64,000 bases of DNA from Octopus vulgaris. Taxonomy: Eukaryota. Every line of letters begins with the position of its first letter. Positions within the stretch are counted from its first letter, which is position 1. A program made the position numbers and the translations under genes. Where the stretch lies: positions 28,334,001 through 28,398,000 of the forward strand of contig OX597836.1 in assembly GCA_951406725.2 (NCBI GenBank). Reading direction: 5' to 3'. Below the pieces are notes generated by a model. The model made no database searches and had not been told where the DNA came from. It was given only the letters and a program-made list of their open reading frames with translations. This document shows positions 39,403 through 51,630 of the stretch, piece after piece.

Positions 39403-39941
39403 GAGTGAGAGAGCAGTGCATGCCATCAAAGTGACACTGGGGTACAAATATATGAAGCCCAGTATACCCATCATGACTACCCGTCTGATAAGGGTACACC
39501 AGGCACATGCATCACAACCATATGTGCACGACATGGTGATCTCATAACAAGATAAACAGCGCATGACATTGCGGGTGGGGCCAAGTTAGAATTTTCTTCT
39601 GGTTGGGTAACCCATCCTACTCAAAAGGTCCCTGATTAAGGGTTGTTTAAGGATGTTGAATGAAACACCCATGTTTCCAGAGGTGAATCATTCAAACCCC
39701 AAAGAATCCCTCTCAACACATGGCTATGATGCTCCCCCACTACTTCTGCTCGTGATCAGAGATGCACATATCGTCAGCCACTAAGGGACATGCTCAACTG
39801 GTTACGGTCAAACAACTGACAAGCAAATCTGTGGTATTGAGCAGAATATTTGCTGTAGCCCATCTTTTATACCAAGACAAAACAATGTACATAACACTTC
39901 CAGTCAGTTAAGATCAGAAGCCATGAGAGCCGCTGCCTGGT
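39403..39941. mobile_element. Unclassified ~540-bp insertion inside an (ATT)n tract
   Basis: Complex non-coding sequence bounded on both sides by (ATT)n; no convincing ORF. Confidence 0.45.
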
Positions 39942-40464
39942 ATTATTATTATTATTATTACCACCACCTTTCACCCAATAAACCAACCACAGATTACGTT
40001 TCTCTGGTGTTTTTGATATTAAATCTGTCTACCTCTATATATTCATTCATGTAATATTCAACACGTGTATATAATTTGACAATGCTCCGAGTGAACATGA
40101 AAAACATGTACTTCCTTGCTCTTATCTCTTACAGCATTTTAAAAACTGTTTGTTTATTTCTATTCTTTACTCTTCCCATACTTAATCAAGATTCCTACAA
40201 ACACATGCTTTGTTTGGGTCACAGACTTACAAGAGAAAGAGAGAGAGAGAACTCAGACCAACAACAGGATAATGTAGTGTTGAGGCTTACCCCCAACGTT
40301 TCTAGGAACAACACATGTTGGCATCATACCACTATTCATAGATATAATGTTTACTACCAGTGATGGATTAACCATTAGGCAAATAGGCATGTGCTTAAGG
40401 CATCAAGGGAGGGGGGCATCACAGAAATGGTAAATGGTTAACAGCACAAAAGAAATCACTTTAA

Positions 40465-40908
40465 CCCTTTAGTAATTAAACCTTTAGTGTTTAAACCGGC
40501 CATACCAGGCCAAAATTGTCTTCCTGTTTTATGCTCAAACCAGCCAGCTCTGACCTCTCACACCTACCCTACAAAGTCATTCTAAAAATAAACAGGGACA
40601 TCATCAAAATCTCAGAGTTACAAGATGCTGTACAATTAATTTAAAACAATGTGATTAAACAGGCTTTACATTTGACAGAGAAATCTGAATACTAAAGGGT
40701 TAAACCAGCCATATCCGGCCAAAATAGCTAATCTGTTTTATGTTCAAACTGACCAGATCCAGGCTCTCACACCTACCCTACAATGTTATTCTACATTAAG
40801 TAATTACACCATCAAGATCTTGAAGATATGAGATAATGCATGATTAATTCAAATCAATGGGAATCAATAAGCATTATGTTTGATAGAATAATCTGAACAC
40901 TAAAGGGT
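40465..40908. mobile_element. piggyBac-like MITE plus tandem partial copy, nested in a degenerate hAT-like element (about 40358-41326)
   Basis: TTAA|CCCTTTAG...CTAAAGGG|TTAA (40465-40699) followed by a second similar unit. Outer ends CAGTGATGGATTAA / TTAATCCAGCCCTG. Confidence 0.65.
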
Positions 40909-42184
40909 TTGCTAAAATAATATTCGAATCATAACTGTGACCAATACCAGTGCCAGTAGACTGGCACCTGTGCTGGTGGCACATGAAAAGCACCATTCAA
41001 GCTTGTGGCTGATGCCGGTGTTACATCAATGGCACCCATGCTGGTGTCATGTAAAAAGCACCTACTACATTCTTGGAGTGGTTGGCATTAGGAAGGGCAT
41101 CCAGCCATAGAAGCCATGCCAAACCAGATTGGAACCAGCTCACCAGTTTTCAGTCAAACTGTCCAACCCATACCAGCATAGAAAGCAGATGCTAAATGAA
41201 GATGATGATATGACCAGAAAAATTCATTTTCTGGTTTATTATTGCTTGTATTTTGAATTACATAGAAATAGGGGCACCAACACCTTTTAAGGGCTTAGAG
41301 TTTCAATGGCTTTTAATCCAGCCCTGTTAACTATACATGAGCTTCTAGCTAAATCCATACTATACATATGATTTTTTAAAATTAGGTCCAATCGTGGAAC
41401 CATACAACGGTATATATGTACTTCATTTGGGTTTCTAGCTGTGCTCATGTGCTAGTTGTATGGACATGGAATGTCAATAGATAACACTTGGTACTGAGAT
41501 CTCACGGTGAATAATATCTGTGATAAAGGAAGGCTAATGAATGATGCCTGAGTCAAAGGAAGGTTAATGAATGAAACCTGTCTCCAAGAAGGTTAATAAG
41601 TGATATTGGTGTCATTGGAAGATTAATGAATGATAACTGCGATGAAGGGGTAAGGTGAGATGTGAGGTTTTGCAACTGAAAGAATAGTGATATACCTTAC
41701 CAAATACCTGTACAACCCACATCAGCATGAACAAACAGGTGATAAGTGTATGGGGGGGTATATATGATAATTACAGGTATGGCTATATGATGAAGAAGTT
41801 GGTTTCCCAATCATGCGGTTCTGAGTTGGTTGTCATTGTAAGTTTGACCAAAGCCTTGTGAGCGGATTTGGTACAAAGAAAGCAATAAAAGCCTGCCATT
41901 ACCATCATCATTGTCGTGGTCATCAACCCCCAAATGGGAACCAGTCCATTGCAGGGTTACATATTTACAAGTAAGTGGACGGCAGCAATGAGAAATGTAG
42001 CATTTTGCTCAAAAGCAGAACACACCACCTGCTCCAGGTATCAACACCATGACCTTATAATCATGAGTGCAACATCCTAACCATTGGGCTACAATGGTTC
42101 ACATACACACACATATTAATGTTTGCTTTTGTGTTTAGTTATAATAAAGACAATTTCACATAAATCTAATGGGTTACTCTATAC

Positions 42185-42403
42185 CAGTGCTTTTCAAACT
42201 TTTTTCTGAAGCGGAACCCCAAGGAAACGTTCCACTGGCTCGAGGAACCCCTGTGCAATAATTTAATTGTCTTATGCACACATATCTGCACAGGAGAACT
42301 AAAAATTACTGTCGATTTTAGCATTTTTGTAACTTCTTGCGGAACCCCTGGACTGTACTGGCAGAACCCTATGGTTCTGCGGAACCCTGGTTGAAAACCA
42401 CTG
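42185..42403. mobile_element. hAT (Charlie-like) MITE with 8-bp TSD CTCTATAC
   Basis: TIR CAGTGCTTTTCAA / TTGAAAACCACTG, repeated GGAACCC subterminal motifs, perfect TSD. Confidence 0.88.
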
Positions 42404-43129
42404 CTCTATACTTTTGTAGAATACAAATTTATTATTCTTATACAAGAATGTTGTTGACAGTGACTTCAAAGTTTCAGCCAACTGAGCCACATTGTTTTAC
42501 TCTTTTACTTGTTTCAGTCATTTGACTGTGGCCATGCTGGAGCACCGCCTTTAATCGAGCAAATCGACCCCAGGACTTATTCTTTGTAAGCCCAGTACTT
42601 ATTCTATCGGTCTCTTTTTGCCGAACCGCTAAGTGACGGGGACGTAAACACACCAGCATCGGTTGTCATGCAATGTTGGGGGGACAAACACAGACACACA
42701 AACATACACACACACATACATATATACACATATATATATACAATGGGCTTCTTTCAGTTTCCGTCTACCAAATCCACTCACAAGGCTTTGGTCGGCTCGA
42801 GGCTATAGTAGAAGACAATTGCCCAAGGTGCCATGCAGTGGGACTGAACCCAGAACCACACAACCATTCTTATACCTATACATATACCATCATCATCATT
42901 TAACGTGCATTGTCCATGCTGGCATGGATTGGAAGGTTTGATCAAGTCTGGCAAGCTGGAAGGCTGCACCAGACTCCAGTCCGATTTGGCATGGTTTCTA
43001 TATATATATATATGATCAACTCAAAGCATTTAGTACCAGACAAAAGTATGCAGGACATGAGCAGCACTCAAGTCTCACTTTCCAAGCCACACTCAAGGCT
43101 TGCACCAAACAACTGTACACATTCTACAG

Positions 43130-44081
43130 AAATCGTGGCTTCATTGGTTTCTGCAAGAATATGTTGTCGTTATTACTTCTTACAACCATGAAAATATTTT
43201 AAAGACTAGACAAACACAATGAGATCGTTTTTTTAAACGTTAGACAAAAAAACAAGATTGTCTTTTAAGCATTAGACACACAAGTCTTTCGTCGTTTTGC
43301 TCTTCTTCCACTCTTAATCTTTTAGTCGCAATATCTATACACCACAACCAGTGTATATAACAAAGTTGGCATTCCTTCGGTATTGGTACACAACGTCATT
43401 CACCCACACAACCTTCCCTCATGACATAGATAAAGAGGGTAAGTTGAATGAGTGTGAATGACGTCGTCTCCTCATACCAATACTCTGTAGACCAATATCG
43501 AAGGATCGCCAGTTAATCTATTTAGCAACCAGTATATATAATATTTTTTTAGAAAAACGCTTTTCACTAAAAAGTTTCGAGTTAAACAATAGAACGAGAT
43601 GAAACTAGTGGTGAAGACCTTCTGGAAGAATAAACATTCAGAGTGGAATGAAAATAGATTCATCTTAAATTCCTTTAACAGCAGGGATATATATACATGT
43701 GGGTGTGTGGGTGTGTATGTGTAGGGGGGATGCGTGCATGGTGATGGTGGATTTTGTTCCACGACGAGGATTCAGGTGTTCGATCAACCGAAATACCTGC
43801 TCCTGAATTAACTTATGTGGCTGAGTATTCCATAGAAACGTGTACCCTTGAAGTAAGTGTTGGGTAGAATCATCGATTCCTATTCAGTTACAGGTACCAA
43901 TCCACCCGACGGAGCTTCTGTGCAATTTCCGTCAACTAAATTTCACTTGCATGGAATGAGTGGAGCCGAGGCAGTGGTATCGAACGAAAGGCATAATGGT
44001 TACGAAGCGAACTTCTTAACCATTTAGCCCATACAAAGGTCTGCAGTTGTGTACATGTGCATGTGAATATATAGATATATC

Positions 44082-44131
<50 letters not shown>

Positions 44132-46250
44132 AAGATAGTATATATTATACTATTGTATTGTGTATAAACGGAAATCTCCGTTTTTGTGTTTTATTCATTA
44201 AAAAAAGGCAACAAGTAAGGATTGTTTCGAGAATTTCCCGGTTCAATGTTTTTCTTTTCCAATGAAGTGTGTCGAATTTTCAACCAAAAAAACCAAAATC
44301 CGACGAAGTTGGAGGACAATGATAAAAATAACAAACATGATGTGAAAGGGGACTGTCGTAATGAGAAAGATATTGTTGTTGTTTAGCTTCATACGCTTGG
44401 AATTAAAGACAGTCCAGCCGTGTCCATCGCGTCTTTTTTAAATACTACATCATCAGATATGCCGTTGTCTTATTTGAAACAATCAGATTTGATTTGAGGG
44501 CGACCTGGCTACTATATTTTAGATCGACGGACCACGAGGGTTGGTTCTCGCTGTTGTTGTCGTTCTTGTGAATGAAAGACACACATTTGCACAAAAGTGT
44601 TGCACAAAAGCATTTAAAAGATAAACAAATGTATTAGTAAATATGTAGAAACTTCATACAGACCTACGCATACATAAAGTTGTTGCTGTTGGAACACTTG
44701 TTATTGCAGCTGCACCTGTACCATCCACCAATGCGTCGTTATGTGATGCACCTTCGCACTTCTATATCAACAACTGAGCAGAACCAGCCTCGATTTCGAC
44801 TCAGCTTTGATTGATTTGTTTGTTTGTTATTTTTTGATGGTGATGATGAGGGTAGCGGCGGCGGCGGCGACGAAGGTGGCGGTATTGATACCTTTACCTC
44901 TTTTATGACTTCTAACTCTTACTATTACCCCTACCATTAGCAACCCGCTACCTTGAGGTACGGCTGTCGACGTAGTCGTAGGAGGAGGAGGAGGAGGAGT
45001 ACGTTGGGAAAAGAAACGGCAGTACTATTGCTGATGGTGATGACGATGATGATGATGGTAGTGTGTGTGTGTGTGTGTGATAGAAGGTAACGTAGACGGA
45101 GTAAGGAAGGAGGAAGAGGAGAGGTAATGTAACTGGTGTTATTTGTTCAGCATTGAGGAAGTGGGGTACAATGCTGAAAGGTAGAGGTAAGAGTAGCAAT
45201 AAGAGTAGGAGTAGTGGTAGGAGAAGCGGTGCTGTTACATTTCTTTCGAGGTGGCAGTAACGAGTGCGGTACTTCTTGGGGTGGAGTAATAGTAAGAGTA
45301 GTAGGAGAAGTACTTACTCTGGTGGGAGATATTGGTGGTGGTGGAGGCGGGGGTAATAATAATAATAAGAAGAAGGCAGTGGTGGAGTAGGAGGAGGAGA
45401 CCGACTGCTGTGAGTGTAAGGAAGAGTAGTGCTTAATGTAGAAGTAGTGGGGAATGGTATTAGTAGAAGTGGTTATTGTTTGGCTTCTGTATCATTCTTG
45501 GTTGGGAAAGTTTTAGGACCTTCTTGTCCTCTGCTATAGTATCCTCCAGGTTTTTTTGGGGGGGGCGCCTGTAGTGTTTTGTAAGAATTTGGTTATTACT
45601 TCTAGCAAGTCGAGCGACATCGAAAACGTCCCTCGTCAGATTGAAATAAAGAGTGATGACGGTGGAGGTGGTGTTGAGAATGCTGCAATAAATAGAAGTG
45701 GTGGCTACTGACCTAATGCGAGTACCTCCACTTTTGACCTGCAACAAACAGCAGCCAAATCTTCAAATTACACCTTTACTGTCTTAAGAAGGAATATATA
45801 TTATACTGTGGTTATAGATAAGAAGATTACGACAGAGTGGTCAGGAGGGGTAACAGCTTTCATCCTTAGATCTATTGGATAGACATTACCCACGGTAGCC
45901 GTGAGTTGGAGGAGGTGTGGTTGTGATAGCAATAGGTAGGAGTAATGATAAACTCGTACATATGTTGTAAGAATTAGAAGGGGGCAAAAGAAGTGAGGGG
46001 AGCCGTAGAGGGGAGGAGGAAGAATGAGAAAGAATGTTTTCCTCAAGTTTCGTCAAACTTTACCCTTTTCTTCCTCCACCTGTTTCCTCCGTTTCTCTCC
46101 TTTTCTCCCCCCCCCCCCACCGCCACATTCTCTCTTCCTTCCTCCAACAATCTCCCACCCTTTGCTTTGTACGCTGTTACTTTTTGTTGGTATAATTGAA
46201 CAAAAGAGCTGTGGTTGAGTACCCTCCCTCTACAATCTGCTACCCTGACA
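43130..46250 (-). promoter_or_regulatory. Putative BMP5-8 promoter / first non-coding exon region
   Basis: Mostly unique sequence with visibly more CpG than the surrounding DNA; CRE-like TGACGTC at about 43459; lies upstream of the exon-1 acceptor. TSS not determinable. Confidence 0.35.
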
Positions 46251-47940
46251 TCTCGATTTCTATTCCCAGTCTTTCAGTATAAATCAGTGATTCCCTATCG
46301 GGGTTCACATGACCCTTAGGTGGGGAGGAGTCCATATAAGATTTTATTGTTAAAATACACAAACAATTTTAAGAGTATTCCGATACAATTCCCAATAATA
46401 TTTAATCATAAAAATATAATAGGTATTTTTTAAACATTGAATTATAAGAGTCACCTAAATAAAACTGCAATTAAAGGGGTTTGTAAGTGAAAACTGGTTG
46501 AGAATCACTTGGTGTAAATCATTTTATGTGCTCAACAAATTCGTGGACACACCCAACATAGTATTCACTCCTTTTGTACTAAGAATAACTTTTCTAATTA
46601 AAAACTGGGTATTTCTTCCTTAAAATCAACTTGTATGTTCCTGGGGTTGTTGTTTTTGCATCACCCCAGACGAACCTTGATTAAGTTGATCTCTGATCAA
46701 AGGCATTCCAACCGTAATAATAACATTCTCTACAGAAGAAGAGGGCATAGTAAAGATGATGTTGCTGCTGCTGGTGATGACATGCTGTTGTGTGACTTCA
46801 GGTCAATTCTGATTAAGCAGCTCTATGACAAACAAGTAATTGGTCAAACAAAAAAGTGTGCCACCTGAATTCATCTTCCTTGATACACCATGTCATGTCT
46901 GTCTAACAGACGGCCATCTTGCACACTCTGATATGCAATAATGAACAGTGTTGGCTTCAGTACGACAGTGCGGACATATTGCTCTGACAACACTGCCCTG
47001 TCTATTTTATTATATTCTAGCATTAGCCACAGCAGAGGTGGGCAAGGTGGACTCAGCCAGAATGTGACAGTTGCTCTTCAACTGCACCTGTATTACTGGT
47101 GGTGTTTCCCCTGGTAGCATAACTGGTGGGGGGACAATAGTCACCAGCAATGCTTTTGTGGGGATGGCATTTTTGGATCTGCTGTATAAGCCTCTACAGG
47201 GTCGCAGCTAGTAGGGGTGGCCAACTTAGGGGCTGTCTCAGGTGACACACACTCTAGCTATGCCACTGATGCTCTCCCATATGTAATTGATGGGTGTGGG
47301 GCAACTCAACAAGGCTGTTGATGTTGCAGCAGTTTTTATATGTTCCTTGTGTTTGTCCAGACTGAACTGGAGAAATATTGTTTTAAGAACATTGTTGTTT
47401 ACAATACAATAGAGTATTTATTGAATCTGTGTTAGAGTGTTAGGAGCTGGTTTCCTATGTAGTAGCAGGGACTGCTCAGGGTTGAACAAAAGCACAGATG
47501 TCACTGTGTAGTATGAAGTTTGCTTCCCAACCACATGGTTCCAGGTTCGGTCCCACAGTGTGGCACATTGGGCACGGGTCTTCTACTATAGCCGTGTGTG
47601 TGTGTGAAGGCATATGCCCCAGTGGTTAGGTGGTTAGAGGTGTTGCATTCCTAATTGTCAGATTATGGTTTCAAATCTCAGAACAGCTGCACATTGTGTT
47701 CTTGAGCAAAACACTTCATTTTACATTGATCCCATCCACCCAGCTGTAAATGGGTAACCCTGCATTAGACTAGCCTTCTGATCAGGGGGAATGCTGGCCT
47801 TCTCATCTAACCAGCAGGGTGGCATCATTCGAAAGCTGAAGTGATGCAAAGTGCATTGTGACCAACAATGTATAACAACATCCAACAGTTTGGTCAACAA
47901 CAAGTATATATACATATATATATATATACACATGTATATA

Positions 47941-48701
47941 TACAAGGTCTGATCAATAAGTATCCAAACTGTTGCCATAGTAACGAAGCTAGACTACACA
48001 GAGTGAAGCCGCTTGGCAAAAGGTGACATTAAACTCTGCTTTGCATGCACACTAAGTTTTAACATTCTAGCTCACTTCCGCTATTTACAGCAGTGCTTGG
48101 AAGGAACATATGTAGTGTGTGATTGTTGCAGTGACCATGACAAAGTTGCCATGGCAATAATTGCTCAGAGGCCTATGCAAAATTACAGAAAATGTATGGA
48201 GAGGAGTGTATGAGCCGCACACAAGTGTAAGAGTGGTTCAGACGTTTCTAAGATGACCCCCAAAATCTTGATATTGACAAACGTTCTGGGAGACCTGCAA
48301 CCAGCAGAACTGAGAAAAACATTGCAGATGTGCGTGCAGCCGTGAGGGGAAACCCTTGATTCACCATCCATGAGTTATCAGAGGATGTGCAGATTAGTTA
48401 TGGTTCAGTCCATTATCATTGAAGATTTGGGTATGAGACGTCTGTCTGCCAAGTTTGTGCTAAAACTGCTTTCAGCTGACCAAAAAGACACTCGGGGTTT
48501 CAGGTACACAAGATCTCCTTGATTGTGCCGAGAACGATGAAAACTTTTGAAAGCTTTGCATAGGCCTCTGAGTAGATATCACCAAGCTTTTGGCAAAATT
48601 TGATGCAGATTCTCTGCTCAACTTTCTCTGTAATGGTAAATGCCATGATCACAACTACACACCTTACTTCCAAGCACTGCTGTAAACAGCAGAAGTGAGC
48701 T
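47941..48701 (+). mobile_element. Mariner-derived defective element with inverted duplicate of its 5' region
   Basis: Starts TACAAGGTCTGATCAATAAGTATCC (mariner-type TIR). Relic transposase EAYAKLQKMYGEECMSRTQV*EWFRRF...RSGRP...DLGMRRLSAKFV. 48555-48701 is the reverse complement of about 48069-48182. Confidence 0.85.
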
Positions 48702-48895
48702 GTGTGTGTGTGTGTGTATTTGTGCGTCTTTGTGCCTGTGTTTGCATCCCCATAACTTAGCAGTTCGGCAAAAGAGACTGATCGAATAAGTACCAGGCTT
48801 ACAAAGAATAAGTCTTGGGGTCAATTTTTTTTCCACTAAAGGTGGTGCTCCAGCATGGCCACAGTCAAACGACTGAAACAAATAAAAGAATAAAA

Positions 48896-48977
<82 letters not shown>

Positions 48978-49158
48978 TTTATCCTTGTTATTTACATCCA
49001 TTTTCTTCTCGTATATAATCTAAACTACAGTTTATACCCACCAAACTACCTGCTACCATACAACTTTACAAAGGACTACACCTACTCAGGTAATCACCAG
49101 GAGCACCCTTGGATTTAATTATGCCTTAGAGATTTTAAACTCCCCTAACTGATACATA

Positions 49159-49200
<42 letters not shown>

Positions 49201-49309
49201 GTAAAATTTATTAAATGATTTATTACCAGTAGTCCGCATGTGTAATAAAAGTCATAAGATGTAAATATTTGTTTATCAGAGTGTATTTATACATTCTGAT
49301 AAACAAATA

Positions 49310-49369
<60 letters not shown>

Positions 49370-51110
49370 TATATGACATCGGCTGAAATACCTTGTAATT
49401 GTCTATGTTAAACAATCTCCTGTTGTTGCATATTATTCAATGTGCTTAGCCAGAACCTGAATTATAGTAGAATGCTTGTAAAGGTACCTGTCCTATCCCT
49501 TCATACAATATATATATATATATATATATATTGTATGAGTAGTTAACAACAGGAAATGGGAGTTGAAAGTTTTACTGATGACTGTAGCCATGACAAAGGT
49601 GTATATGGGAAGCCGTTTTGTCTTCCCAGTCATGGAGTATTCTTTGTGTGGTTTTTGTGTATAATGTGGAGTAGTGCAATGGCTGTGTGTTTAGGGAAGG
49701 TGGGCCTGTAATCCCTGTTGTGAGATTGGGAGAGGTTGTGATGGCATCAGTGCAGTGTGTTCAGGCAATAGGTATGCTGGTAGTGCTAAGGTGGCGAGCT
49801 GGCAGAAACATTAGCACGCTGGGCGAAATGCGTAGCCGTATTTCGTCTGCCGTTACGTTCTGAGTTCAAATTCCGCCAAGGTAGACTTTGCCTTTCATCC
49901 TTTCGGGGTCGATAAATTAAGTACCAGTTACGCACTGGGGTCGATGTAATTGACTTAATCCGTTTGTCTGTCCCCTCTGTGTTTAGCCCCTTGTGGGTAG
50001 TAAAGAAATAGGTATTCTGGATAGTTGCTTGAGGCCTTGCAGTGTGTGTGTGGGGGGGCAGAGGGGATCTTGATCTATGCATGCTTTGACTTTTACTGTC
50101 AATAAATGTCTATAGGCACAGGCATGGCTGTATGGTAGGAAGCCTACTTACCAACTAACTACACAATTCTGGGTTCAGTCCCACTGCATGGCACCTCAGG
50201 TTAAATTTCATCTTCTACAAACTTGGGCCAACCAAAGCATTCTGAGTAGATTTGGTTGACAGAAAATGAAAAGAAGCCCATCACATGTGTGTGTGTGTGT
50301 GTGTGTGTAGCTGTGCCTGTCTTTATTCCCCATCATTGCTTGACAACCGGTGTTTGTGTGTTTACATCCTCATAACTTAGAGATTCACCAAAGGAATCTG
50401 AAAAAATAACACTTTAAAAAATGGACAAAAAACAAGTCCAAAGTCAAATCATTCAACCAAAATATCCTTCAATAAGTAAAAGATACATGGCATAGGGCCC
50501 TGTGAAATGATTTGCTCTGGGGCCTATAATGCTGTTAATGTAATTCTGTGTGACATGGATTGGGGTGTGACAGTTAAAATCTTTGATGATGGTTATTAAT
50601 CAAGACATAGTTTTGCTGTTTCAAGGTTTCTGTTTGACAGACACCATTGTTCATTGTTTTTTTTGTTTAATGAGGTTTTATTTATTTATTATTTTTTGTC
50701 TTTTACTTATTACTTGTTTCAGTCATTGGACTGTGGTCATGCTGGGGCACTACTTGAAGAATTTTTAGTCGAATGAATTGACTCCAGTACTATTTTAATA
50801 AGAAAAATTTGAACTCAGAACGTAACAACAGACGAAATACCGCTAAGCATTTCGCCCGGTGTGCTAGTGTTTCTTATTTCTTTATTGCCCACAAGAGGCT
50901 AAACATAGAGGGGACAAACAAGGACAGACAAAGGGATTTAGTCGATTACGTCGACCCCAGTGCGTAACTGGTACTTAATTTATCAACCCCGAAAGGATGA
51001 AAGGCAAAGTCGATCTCAGTGGAATTTGAACTCAGAACGTAACGGCGGACAAAATACCGATAAGCATTTTGCCCGGCGTGCTAATACCTATATAATCTAC
51101 AAGTGTATTA

Positions 51111-51184
<74 letters not shown>

Positions 51185-51574
51185 CATACGGGGTGTTCTA
51201 GTTAACCCAGACACACAATCATCAGACTCTTTACAATTTCTCCACTAATACATAACTAGCACTTTTACGTTTTTGTATAAATAAAACTTAATCTGACACA
51301 TCATATATACACATTCAATACATTCATGCGTATGTATTTATGCTAGTGTGCATGTGTCTGTACCCACACATATATATTCACATATGTATATAGTTATATA
51401 TGAATATATGTACACACACACACCTATATAATCTACATATGTACATCTGTACACAAGTGTATTATGTGTGCATGTGTGTATATATATATATATATATATA
51501 TGCACACACACACTCATAGATATATGAATATACATACACATATATACATGTAAAACAGATGTAAAATGATGATA

Positions 51575-51630
<56 letters not shown>

